Source of the DNA: Burkholderiales bacterium
GTDB lineage: Bacteria > Pseudomonadota > Gammaproteobacteria > Burkholderiales > SG8-39
Reading direction: 5' to 3'
Assembly: GCA_049651845.1 (NCBI GenBank)
Contig: JBASCW010000042.1
Location: 37,235-101,234 of the forward strand
Length of the DNA stretch: 64,000 bases
Made by a program: the position numbers and the translations under genes
In this document: positions 33,503 to 41,785 of the stretch, piece by piece
Layout of the letters: each line of letters opens with the position of its first letter
Position numbering within the stretch: the stretch's first letter is position 1
Notes under the pieces: generated by a model
What the model saw: only the letters and a program-made list of their open reading frames with translations
Databases searched by the model: none
What the model was told of the DNA's origin: nothing

Positions 33503-34195
33503 CTAGCGATTCCACCCATGCAGGACGACGCCCGGGTACATCGGCATGACTTCGGCGTCCTCGAACCGGCTGGTGCGCAGGCGGGCTTCGCCGGCGAGGT
33601 TCTTGTCGGACAGCGACCGGATTAGTCCGTCCACGCCGCGCTCACGGACGATGCCCGCAAAGGTCTCCCGATAGGTCGTTACCAGGCTCACGCCTTCGAT
33701 CTTGATGTCGTAGACCTTCCATCCGGTCGCGAGGTGCTCCATGTCGTAATCTATCGTCAGCGGCGCCGTTCCGGGCTGCCGGATGGCGGACTTGACGGTG
33801 ACTTCGGTATCGCCGGGCGCCGCGCGCAGCGGCTTGAACTCGACGACCTGGTCGCGATAGCTCGACAGCGCGGTGGAGTAGGTGCGCACCAGCAGGGTCT
33901 TGAATTCCGCGGTGAGCGCCGCCTGCTGGGCGGGCGTGGCCAAGGGCCAGCTGCGCGCTGCGGCGATCTGCGTCATGCGGTGAAAATTGAAGTGCGGCAG
34001 GATCCGCGCCTCGACCAGGTTGGCGACCTTCGCCGGGTTGCCGGCCTGTATCTCCATGTCCTGCCGAATGAGTGCAAGCACTTCCGCGGTGACCGTCTTC
34101 AGGAGCACATCCGGTGCGATGTCCTGGGCGGGGTAGCCGGGCGGCGCGACAGACGATGCAAGCGCGAAAACCAGAGACAGTACGGCTCTGTTCAT
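33503..34195 (-). CDS. MlaC/Ttg2D-family phospholipid-binding periplasmic protein
   Basis: 230-aa ORF; signal peptide; ILPHFNFHRMTQIAAARSW...FKTLLVRTYSTALSSY...GWKVYDIKIEGVSLVTTYR. Confidence 0.8.
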   Translation of the reverse strand: MNRAVLSLVFALASSVAPPGYPAQDIAPDVLLKTVTAEVLALIRQDMEIQAGNPAKVANLVEARILPHFNFHRMTQIAAARSWPLATPAQQAALTAEFKTLLVRTYSTALSSYRDQVVEFKPLRAAPGDTEVTVKSAIRQPGTAPLTIDYDMEHLATGWKVYDIKIEGVSLVTTYRETFAGIVRERGVDGLIRSLSDKNLAGEARLRTSRFEDAEVMPMYPGVVLHGWNR

Positions 34196-34204
34196 GCGTG
34201 GCCC

Positions 34205-34684
34205 TTACAGGTCGACCAATACGAGCTCGATTCCGTTACGTACGAGCTTCTTGCCGTCGGGCAGCGTCAGGTAAGGCGCCGCCTGTTCGGCGGTGAGGCC
34301 ATAAGCGAAGGACATCGGACCGCGGCTGAAGCTGCCGGAGCCGTGGCCGTTGAAAAGCGTCAGGCGCTTGAACCAGAAGCGTGCCGTGGTGCCGTCGCTG
34401 CAACGGAGCTGTCCCGAGCCACCTAGCGCTGCGCTTGACGTGAAATCGCCGGCGCATGCGAGCGCGGGGTCCTTCTGCGAATGAATGGCGATGGTCCCGG
34501 CGCCGCTGAGGTGGCCTTCGGCCTCGCCGACGAAGAGCTCGCCGCCGAGGATTGCGATCACCGGGCCGGTGGACGACAGGAATCCCGCGCCCGCCCCGGT
34601 TGCCGCAGCCATACCCATGCCCACGGCGGCGATCGCAATCAGCATGCGTCGTATCCGGTTGCCGTCAATCTGAAGCAAGTTCAT
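34205..34684 (-). CDS. Hypothetical secreted/membrane-anchored protein (159 aa)
   Basis: Start MNLLQIDGNRIRRMLIAIAAVGMGMAAATG at 34684 with AAGGAAA SD; 9 nt upstream of the MlaC-like gene. Confidence 0.55.
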   Translation of the reverse strand: MNLLQIDGNRIRRMLIAIAAVGMGMAAATGAGAGFLSSTGPVIAILGGELFVGEAEGHLSGAGTIAIHSQKDPALACAGDFTSSAALGGSGQLRCSDGTTARFWFKRLTLFNGHGSGSFSRGPMSFAYGLTAEQAAPYLTLPDGKKLVRNGIELVLVDL

Positions 34685-34752
34685 CTTGTTTCCTTGCCGT
34701 GAAGCACTGGTGCGCGCTGCAGTCGAATCTACGCAACGCGGCGGGCGCAGTC

Positions 34753-34768
34753 CGTGCGCTGGCGAACG
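34753..34768 (-). promoter_or_regulatory. Island box g (CGTTCGCCAGCGCACG toward 34684/MlaC-like operon)
   Basis: Identical to box c; GAC then TAGATT at +22..27. Confidence 0.5.
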
Positions 34769-34796
34769 CAAAAGACGATGACGGCGCTGCGGGCTA

Positions 34797-34812
34797 TGTG
34801 CGATAGCGCACA
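34797..34812 (+). promoter_or_regulatory. Island box h (TGTGCGATAGCGCACA toward Crp paralog 3)
   Basis: 11/12 positions, perfect 5-6-5 palindrome; TAGAAT at +21..26. Confidence 0.55.
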
Positions 34813-34837
34813 GTTGCCTTCGGGAGGCGGGGTAGAA

Positions 34838-35647
34838 TTGTCACGGCTGAATATCGGTTCCGCACATCGCCTGAAAGGTGAGTTTCAGACTTTGCCTGCT
34901 CCCCATACTCCGCAGCAGAACCACCTCCTCGCCGCTCTGCCACCGGGCGATCTGGAGCGCCTGTCGCCCCATCTCGAGCTGGTGCCGATGCCGCTCGGCG
35001 AAGCCCTCTACGAATCCGGCGGGCGCTTGCAGCACGTCTACTTCCCGACCACCTCCATCGTGTCGCTGCTCTACGTGATGGAGGACGGCGCCTCGGCCGA
35101 GATCGCGGTGGTGGGCAACGAAGGCATCCTCGGTATCTCGCTGTTCATGGGCGGCGAAACCACGCCGAGCCGGGCCGTGGTGCAGAGCGCGGGCTACGGC
35201 TACCGGATGAAGGCGCAGGTCCTGAAGCAGGAATTCAACCGCGCCGGGCCGGTGATGCACCTGCTGCTGCGCTATACCCAGGCGCTGATCACGCAGATGG
35301 CGCAAACCGCCGTATGTAACCGCCACCACTCGGTGGAGCAGCAGCTGTGCCGCTGGCTGCTGTTAAGCCTGGACCGCCTGACCACCGACGAGCTGAGCAT
35401 GACCCAGGAGCTGATAGCCAACATGCTCGGCGTGCGGCGCGAAGGCGTCACCGAAGCCGCCGGCAAGCTGCAGCGCGCCGGATTGATCCGCTATAGCCGC
35501 GGCCGCATCACGGTGCTCGACCGTCCGGGACTGGAAAGGGAAGTCTGCGAGTGCTACGCGGTGGTCAAGAAGGAATTCGACCGGTTGCTTTCCGAGATTC
35601 CCGGCGGCAGCCCTTTCCAGATGGTCGGACACTCGCGCGCGAGCTAG
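34838..35647 (+). CDS. Crp/Fnr-family transcriptional regulator (paralog 3); start codon uncertain
   Basis: Close paralog of 15769..16536. The track start 34754 would bury boxes g and h in the CDS. TTG 34838 has a GGGAGG SD but overlaps the TAGAAT -10; TTG at 34892 (MPAPHTPQQNHLL) is an alternative. Confidence 0.8.
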   Translation: MSRLNIGSAHRLKGEFQTLPAPHTPQQNHLLAALPPGDLERLSPHLELVPMPLGEALYESGGRLQHVYFPTTSIVSLLYVMEDGASAEIAVVGNEGILGISLFMGGETTPSRAVVQSAGYGYRMKAQVLKQEFNRAGPVMHLLLRYTQALITQMAQTAVCNRHHSVEQQLCRWLLLSLDRLTTDELSMTQELIANMLGVRREGVTEAAGKLQRAGLIRYSRGRITVLDRPGLEREVCECYAVVKKEFDRLLSEIPGGSPFQMVGHSRAS

Positions 35648-35657
35648 CGATCCAGGC

Positions 35658-35888
35658 TTACCGCCTCTTGAGGCTTGATTGCCAGTCGATGAGCTGCCTC
35701 TCGGTGTCTTCGTTGGAGAGGCCGTAGAGTTCCTTGATGCGCGCGGCGAGCAGCGCCCGCCGGCCGCCGATCGCGTGCAGCTGCTGTTCGCCGATGCGAT
35801 CCCAGCGGCGCTTCGCATCCGCCTTGAACTGGTTCCAGTCGCCCTGAATGGCGCCCCAATCCAGTTCTTGCCAAGGAGTCGTGGGCAT
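35658..35888 (-). CDS. CsbD-like stress protein (76 aa)
   Basis: WGAIQGDWNQFKADAKRRWDRIGEQQLHAIGGRRALLAARIKELYG follows the CsbD pattern; starts 6 nt after the rne stop. Confidence 0.7.
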   Translation of the reverse strand: MPTTPWQELDWGAIQGDWNQFKADAKRRWDRIGEQQLHAIGGRRALLAARIKELYGLSNEDTERQLIDWQSSLKRR

Positions 35889-35894
35889 CTCTAT

Positions 35895-38657
35895 CTATTT
35901 GTTGCGCGTCTCGACCTGAACCAGCTCTTCTGACTGCGCCGGTGCCGGTGCCGGCGCCGGGCGCTCGCGGCGCGGGCGGCCAAGCTGAGCCGGCTCGGGC
36001 TCGGGCAGCGGTGCGCGGGCCTTGGACGAATCGGTCTCGACCATCTGCAGGCCGGCGGAGGACAGCAGCTCCTTCGGATTGACGCGCGGCGCTTCGAAAC
36101 GAGGTGCTTCGGCGCGCGGCGCCTCGGCGATGCGCGGCGCTTCTTCGCGAACTGGCTGTGCGCGCACCGGCTCTTCGACTCGGGGCGCCGGCGCTGGCGC
36201 CGCTTGCTGTTGCACGACGGTTTCCGCTTCATGCGCCATCTCGGCTTCGCGCTGCTGTTTCAGGCGATGCTCCTCGAGCTGCTGCGCGTAAACCGACTGG
36301 TCGGGACGCTGGGCGTGCTCCGGCCGGCGCTCGCCGCGTTCGTCTTGCGGGCGTTCGCCGCGATCCGGACGATCGCCCCGGTCCCCGCCGCCGCCGCGAC
36401 CGCGACGTCCGCGGCGTCCGCGGCGCTGCTGTTCCTCGCCCTCCTGCAGCGGCGGGCGCTGGCCGTTCTGCTCGCCCTGAGGGCCGCGTTGCTGCTGCGG
36501 GCGCGGCGGGCGCTGATCCGGCCGGCGCTCGCCTTGCGGCAGGGTGCCGTTAGCGCGCTCCGCCTGCGAAAGCTCGCCCTGCTGCGGCATCTCGGCCTGC
36601 TGGCGTTCGCCTCGCGGGCGATCCTGGCGGGGCTGTTGCTGCTGTTGGGGACGTCCGTCGCGGCGCTGCTGCTGGTCGCCACGCTGCTGCGGGCGCCCGT
36701 CGCGCTGTTGATCGCGCCGGCCGTCGCCGCGGCCATCACGCTGGTGGTCGCGTCGGCCATCGCCGCGACCCCCGCGTCCGCCGCGCTCCCCGCGGCGATG
36801 CTCGTGCCGATCCCGGTACTCGTCGCGCGTGCGCTCCGGACGCTGCGGCTGCTGCTGCCGGGCAGGACGCATCGCGGCTTCGTTGGCTGCCGGAGGCTGC
36901 TCGGCCGGCTTTTCGGTCTTGAGCCAGCCGAACAGGCGGCCGAGGAAACCCGAGCGCGCCGGTTCCTGCGGTTGCGGCGCAGGGGCGGCGGGGACCGGGG
37001 CCGCTGCTCGCGGCGCTTCGGCCCTGGGCGCCGGCTCCGGAACGACCGGCGCCGGCTGGTCGGGCACGATGCCCTGGACCATCGCCTGCTGACGCTCTTT
37101 CTTCGCTTCGGCTTCCTTGCCCGGCGCCTGCGGCTCCTCGGGCGGCTCGACCAGCTCGTAGCTGGTGGGCACGTGCTCCATCGCGTTCAATTCGTCATGC
37201 TTCAAGCGCTGCACCTTGTAGTGCGGCGTCTCGAGGTGCGAATTCGGCACCAGTACGATATTGACCTTGATGCGCGCCTCCAGCTTCTGGATTTCGCCGC
37301 GCTTCTCGTTGAGCAGGAACGAGGCGACATCGACCGGCACCTGCGCGTGCACCGCGCCGGTGTTCTCCTTCATCGCCTCCTCCTGGATGATGCGCAGCAC
37401 GTGTAGCGCCGTGGACTCGACGCCGCGGATGAAGCCGGTGCCGCCGCAGCGCGGGCAGCTGATGTGCGCGGTCTCCTCGAGCGAGGGCTGCAGGCGCTGG
37501 CGCGACAGTTCCATCAGGCCGAAGCGTGAGATCTTGCCGACCTGCACGCGCGCGCGGTCGTGCCGCAGCGCGTCGCGGAAGCGGTTCTCCACCTCGCGCT
37601 GGTTCTTCTGCGACTCCATGTCGATGAAGTCGACCACGATCAGGCCGCCCAGGTCGCGCAGGCGCAGCTGGCGCGCGACTTCCTCGGCCGCCTCCAGATT
37701 GGTGCGGAACGCGGTCTCCTCGATGTCGTGGCCCTTGGTGGCGCGCGCCGAGTTGACGTCGATCGCGGTGAGCGCCTCGGTATGGTCGATCACCACCGCG
37801 CCGCCAGAGGGCAGGTTGACGTGCCGGCCGTAGGCGCTCTCGATCTGGTGCTCGATCTGGAAGCGCGAGAACAGCGGAACGTCGTCGCGGTAGAGCTTGA
37901 CCTTGGCGACGTTCGCGGGCATCACGGTCTGCATGAACGCCACCGCCTGGTCGTAGATTTCCTGGGTGTCGATCAGGATCTCGCCGATGTCGGGCTGGAA
38001 ATAGTCGCGGATCGCGCGGATCACGAGGCTCGACTCGAGGTAGATCAGGAACGGCTTCTTTTCGGTGTCCTTGGCGGCGCTGTCGACGGCGCTCCACAGC
38101 TGCAGCAGGTAGTTCAGGTCCCACTGCAATTCTTCCACCGTGCGGCCGATCGCGGCGGTGCGTGCGATCACGCTCATGCCCTCGGGGACCACCAGCTGGT
38201 CGATGGTGTCGCGCAACTCGTTGCGGTCCTCGCCCTCGACGCGGCGCGAAACCCCGCCGCCGCGCGGGTTGTTCGGCATCAGCACCAGGTAGCGGCCCGC
38301 GAGGCTGATGAAGGTGGTGAGGGCGGCGCCCTTGTTGCCGCGCTCGTCCTTCTCGACCTGGACGATCAGGTCCTGGCCTTCCTTGAGCGCATCCTGGATG
38401 CGCGCGTGGCTCGCGTTCTCGCGGAAGTAGCTCTTGGAGACTTCCTTGAAAGGCAGGAACCCGTGCCGCTCCTCGCCGTAGTCGATGAAGGCGGCCTCGA
38501 GGCTGGGCTCGATGCGGGTGATGATTCCCTTGTAGATGTTGCTCTTGCGCTGTTCCCGGGAGGCCGACTCGATGTCGAGGTCGACCAGTTTCTGTCCTTC
38601 CACGATCGCGACGCGCAGTTCTTCCTGCTGGGTCGCGTTAAACAACATGCGTTTCAC
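35895..38657 (-). CDS. rne: Ribonuclease E
   Basis: 920-aa ORF; N-terminus (M)[24 protein letters not shown]1 and catalytic domains, long Arg/Pro/Glu-rich C-terminal scaffold; GTG start. Confidence 0.95.
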   Translation of the reverse strand: MKRMLFNATQQEELRVAIVEGQKLVDLDIESASREQRKSNIYKGIITRIEPSLEAAFIDYGEERHGFLPFKEVSKSYFRENASHARIQDALKEGQDLIVQVEKDERGNKGAALTTFISLAGRYLVLMPNNPRGGGVSRRVEGEDRNELRDTIDQLVVPEGMSVIARTAAIGRTVEELQWDLNYLLQLWSAVDSAAKDTEKKPFLIYLESSLVIRAIRDYFQPDIGEILIDTQEIYDQAVAFMQTVMPANVAKVKLYRDDVPLFSRFQIEHQIESAYGRHVNLPSGGAVVIDHTEALTAIDVNSARATKGHDIEETAFRTNLEAAEEVARQLRLRDLGGLIVVDFIDMESQKNQREVENRFRDALRHDRARVQVGKISRFGLMELSRQRLQPSLEETAHISCPRCGGTGFIRGVESTALHVLRIIQEEAMKENTGAVHAQVPVDVASFLLNEKRGEIQKLEARIKVNIVLVPNSHLETPHYKVQRLKHDELNAMEHVPTSYELVEPPEEPQAPGKEAEAKKERQQAMVQGIVPDQPAPVVPEPAPRAEAPRAAAPVPAAPAPQPQEPARSGFLGRLFGWLKTEKPAEQPPAANEAAMRPARQQQPQRPERTRDEYRDRHEHRRGERGGRGGRGDGRRDHQRDGRGDGRRDQQRDGRPQQRGDQQQRRDGRPQQQQQPRQDRPRGERQQAEMPQQGELSQAERANGTLPQGERRPDQRPPRPQQQRGPQGEQNGQRPPLQEGEEQQRRGRRGRRGRGGGGDRGDRPDRGERPQDERGERRPEHAQRPDQSVYAQQLEEHRLKQQREAEMAHEAETVVQQQAAPAPAPRVEEPVRAQPVREEAPRIAEAPRAEAPRFEAPRVNPKELLSSAGLQMVETDSSKARAPLPEPEPAQLGRPRRERPAPAPAPAQSEELVQVETRNK

Positions 38658-38665
38658 TTATTGTT

Positions 38666-38683
38666 CTCCTGCGCGCGCAGGAG
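38666..38683 (-). promoter_or_regulatory. SD-sequestering palindrome in the rne 5' leader
   Basis: CTCCTGCGCGCGCAGGAG is a perfect 18-nt palindrome whose 3' arm is the AGGAG Shine-Dalgarno 8 nt before the GTG start. Confidence 0.4.
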
Positions 38684-38922
38684 CGCTGTCTTTAGCCGGT
38701 CTGCATCCCCAAAGTAAGGAAAGGCTTGCGAAGAAAAGAGGCGTCTGCGCGCGTTGCTGCTGCAATCGCTGCTTACGGTGAGCGAGATTAACCCCTGGTT
38801 CGGGCCCGGCGCGCGGCCGGACAGGAGGCGGGTTGCAGGGACCGGCGCAAGGCTCCTCGGCCTGTGCGTCTTGTGGTCCCTGTGCCTCGCAACTCGAGGC
38901 CAGACCGCGGATAATAATAAAA

Positions 38923-39864
38923 ATGAAGGACTTAAGCAAGCCACAGGTGACCTGGCTTGAAGTAGGCGAGGAAAGCGACGCCCAGCGCATCGACAACTTC
39001 CTGCTGCGGCAGCTGAAGGGCGTGCCGAAAAGCCATGTGTACCGGGTGCTGCGCAGCGGCGAGGTCCGGGTCAACAGCGGACGGGTCAAGCCGGAATACC
39101 GCCTGCAGATTGGGGACAAGGTTCGGGTCCCGCCTGTCAGGGTTTCCGCTTCTAGTTCAAAACCACCGTTAAAGCCGATCAAGTTCCCTATCGTTCATGA
39201 AGATCCCTCGCTCCTCGTGATCGACAAGCCTTCCGGTACCGCCGTCCACGGCGGCAGCGGCGTGAGCCACGGGGTGATCGAATCGCTGCGTGCTGCGCGC
39301 CCGCAGGCGAAGATGCTGGAGCTCGCGCACCGCCTCGACCGCGACACCTCGGGCCTGCTCGTGGTGGCGAAAAAGCGCAGCGCGCTGCTCGAGCTGCACC
39401 GCATGCTGCGCGAGGGGGAAGTGGAGAAGATCTACGTGGCGGTCGTCAAGGGCGTGCCGGCGAAGAAAGTCTTCGACATTCGCGAGCCGCTGCACAAGTA
39501 CGTCACGGCGAAAGGCGAGCGGCGCGTCGCGGTGAAGGAGGGAGGCATGTCCGCCGTTACGAAGATAAAACTCCTGCAGAAAAGCAAGGACTTCAGCCTC
39601 GTGGAATTGCGTCTGATGACCGGCCGCACGCACCAGATTCGCGTACATCTCGCGCACGCCGGCCACCCGGTGCTGGGCGACGACAAATACGGTGACTTCG
39701 AGCTCAACCGCGCGCTCGCGCGCCAGGGCGTGAAGCGCCTGTTCCTGCACGCGCGGCGCCTCGCGTTCGCGCATCCGGCGAGCCGGGAGAAGCTGCGGCT
39801 GGAAGCGCCGCTGCCCGGGGATATGCTTGCGTTTTGCCGAGCCAACTTCAGCGCCCTTGAATAG
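38923..39864 (+). CDS. rluC: 23S rRNA pseudouridine synthase RluC
   Basis: S4 domain (RIDNFLLRQLKGVPKSHVYRVLRSGEVRVN), catalytic HRLDRDTSGLLV; divergent from rne as in E. coli. Confidence 0.9.
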   Translation: MKDLSKPQVTWLEVGEESDAQRIDNFLLRQLKGVPKSHVYRVLRSGEVRVNSGRVKPEYRLQIGDKVRVPPVRVSASSSKPPLKPIKFPIVHEDPSLLVIDKPSGTAVHGGSGVSHGVIESLRAARPQAKMLELAHRLDRDTSGLLVVAKKRSALLELHRMLREGEVEKIYVAVVKGVPAKKVFDIREPLHKYVTAKGERRVAVKEGGMSAVTKIKLLQKSKDFSLVELRLMTGRTHQIRVHLAHAGHPVLGDDKYGDFELNRALARQGVKRLFLHARRLAFAHPASREKLRLEAPLPGDMLAFCRANFSALE

Positions 39865-40513
39865 GAACTACAGCCTCATCGTCTTCGACTGGGACGGCAC
39901 GCTCATGGACTCGACGGTCGGCATCACGGTCGCGATCCAGGAGGCAGCGCGCGACCTCGGGCTGCCGGTGCCGGACCGCGAGCGCGCGAGCCACGTGATC
40001 GGGCTGGGCCTGCAGGATGCGCTGCGCATGGCGGTGCCGGACCTGCCGCAGCAGAAGTACGCGGAATTCGTGGAGGCCTACCGCAGGCATTTCCTCGTAC
40101 GCCAGGACGAGATGGCGCCGTTTCCCGGCGTGCGCGAGATGCTCGAGGAGCTGGTCGCGCGCGGCCACCGGCTCGCGGTGGCCACCGGCAAGAGCCGGCG
40201 CGGGCTGGACCACCAGTTCGGGCTGACAGGACTGCGCGAGCTGTTCGCGGCGTCGCGCTGCGCGGACGAGACCCGGCCAAAGCCGCATCCGGCGATGCTG
40301 CTGGAGCTGATGGAAGAGCTGGCGACGGCGCGGCGCGAACTGCTCATGATCGGCGACACCTCGCACGATCTCGGCATGGCGCAGAGCGCGGGCGTGGACG
40401 CGGTCGCGGTCGGCTACGGCGCGCATCCGCTCGAGTCGCTGAGCGCCTGGAACCCGCGCGCGAGCGTGCGCAGCGTCGAGGAGCTGCGGCAATGGCTGAC
40501 GGCGAACGCCTGA
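39827..40513 (+). CDS. HAD-superfamily hydrolase (phosphoglycolate phosphatase-like)
   Basis: 228-aa ORF; motif I FDWDGTLMDS, motif IV GDTSHD; TTG start uncertain. Confidence 0.8.
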   Translation: MRFAEPTSAPLNRNYSLIVFDWDGTLMDSTVGITVAIQEAARDLGLPVPDRERASHVIGLGLQDALRMAVPDLPQQKYAEFVEAYRRHFLVRQDEMAPFPGVREMLEELVARGHRLAVATGKSRRGLDHQFGLTGLRELFAASRCADETRPKPHPAMLLELMEELATARRELLMIGDTSHDLGMAQSAGVDAVAVGYGAHPLESLSAWNPRASVRSVEELRQWLTANA

Positions 40514-40848
40514 TCTGCGCATCGCAGGCCCTGCTGGATTCCAGCAAGGCAGTGCGCTTCGAGGTGGAGTATTTCGGCGAGCGCGCGCCCGCGTTCGTGC
40601 TGCGCTTCCGCGGGCGCGTCCACGGCTACCTGAACCGCTGCGGGCACATGCCGATGGAGCTCGACTGGCGCGAGGGCGAGGTCTTCGACGCCGAAGGCCG
40701 TGATCTAATATGCTCGACGCATGGCGCCACCTATGCCGCGGACAGCGGCAAATGCCTGGGCGGACCCTGCGGCAGCACGCCGCTCGTACCCCTGCAGGTC
40801 GAGGAGAGGGACGGCAAGGTCTACTTCAAAGGAATCAACGATGGCTGA
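40492..40848 (+). CDS. Rieske (2Fe-2S) domain protein
   Basis: 118-aa ORF; CGH...CSTHGATY Rieske ligand motifs. Confidence 0.8.
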   Translation: MADGERLICASQALLDSSKAVRFEVEYFGERAPAFVLRFRGRVHGYLNRCGHMPMELDWREGEVFDAEGRDLICSTHGATYAADSGKCLGGPCGSTPLVPLQVEERDGKVYFKGINDG

Positions 40849-41785
40849 CAACGACGGTCAATGGGAGCGCGGGCTCATCGAGAAGCTCGCCACCGCGGCG
40901 CTCAAGGAGCAGCGGCGCGCGCGGCTCTGGGGGATTTTCTGGAAGCTGCTCACCTTCGCCTACATCACGGTGATCATCGTGCTCGCCTTCGACTGGAAGA
41001 CGAGCAAGGAGCTGAAGGGCGACAAGCACACGGCGCTCGTCGAGGTGCAGGGCGTGATCGCGCCGGGCACGGAGTCGAGCGCGGAGAAGGTCGTGCTGGC
41101 GCTGCAATCCGCCTTCAAGGACAAGAACACCCAGGGCGTGGTCATGCGCATCAACTCGCCGGGCGGCAGCCCGGTGCAAGCGCAGGGCATCTTCGACGAG
41201 ATGAAGCGGCTGCGCCAGAAGCATCCCGAGATCCCGCTCTACGCGGTGGTCGAGGACCTGTGCGCCTCGGGCGGCTACTACGTGGCGGCCGCCGCGGACA
41301 AGATCTACGTCGCCAAGGGCAGCATCGTCGGCTCGATCGGCGTGCGCATGGACAACTTCGGCGTGGTCGGGCTCATGGAGAAGCTCGGCGTCGAGCGGCG
41401 CCTGATCACCGCCGGCAAGAACAAGGCGCTGCTCGATCCGTTCCTCCCGGAAGATCCCGCGCACAAGCAGATCGCGGTGGACCTGATCACGGAAATCCAC
41501 AACCAGTTCATCGCCGCCGTGCGCGAGGGCCGTGGCAAGCGCCTCAAGGAGACGCCGGACATGTTTTCCGGGCTGATCTGGAGCGGCGCGAAGAGCATCG
41601 AGCTCGGGCTCGCCGACGGCCTGGGCGGCCTCGACTACGTAGCGCGCGAGGTGGTCAAGGCCGAGGACATCGTCGACTTCACGCAGAAGGAGAACCTGGC
41701 CGAGAAGTTCGCGCGCCGCTTTGGCGCCGGCGCGATGGCGGCACTGCTCGACTTCTCGGTGCGCAGCGGCCTGACTATGCGCTGA
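40841..41785 (+). CDS. sppA: Signal peptide peptidase SppA (S49, 36K type)
   Basis: Start MADNDGQWERG at 40841 (ATGGCTGA overlap with the Rieske stop); INSPGGSPVQ and CASGGYYVA motifs. Confidence 0.85.
   Translation: MADNDGQWERGLIEKLATAALKEQRRARLWGIFWKLLTFAYITVIIVLAFDWKTSKELKGDKHTALVEVQGVIAPGTESSAEKVVLALQSAFKDKNTQGVVMRINSPGGSPVQAQGIFDEMKRLRQKHPEIPLYAVVEDLCASGGYYVAAAADKIYVAKGSIVGSIGVRMDNFGVVGLMEKLGVERRLITAGKNKALLDPFLPEDPAHKQIAVDLITEIHNQFIAAVREGRGKRLKETPDMFSGLIWSGAKSIELGLADGLGGLDYVAREVVKAEDIVDFTQKENLAEKFARRFGAGAMAALLDFSVRSGLTMR

Noticed and set aside
36104-37406. Plus-strand ORFs of 149-400 aa, and apparent DNA repeats, inside the rne 3' half
   Set aside because: They mirror the Arg/Pro/Glu-rich disordered C-terminal scaffold of RNase E on the other strand. 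This is not a separate gene, a mobile repeat or a CRISPR array.
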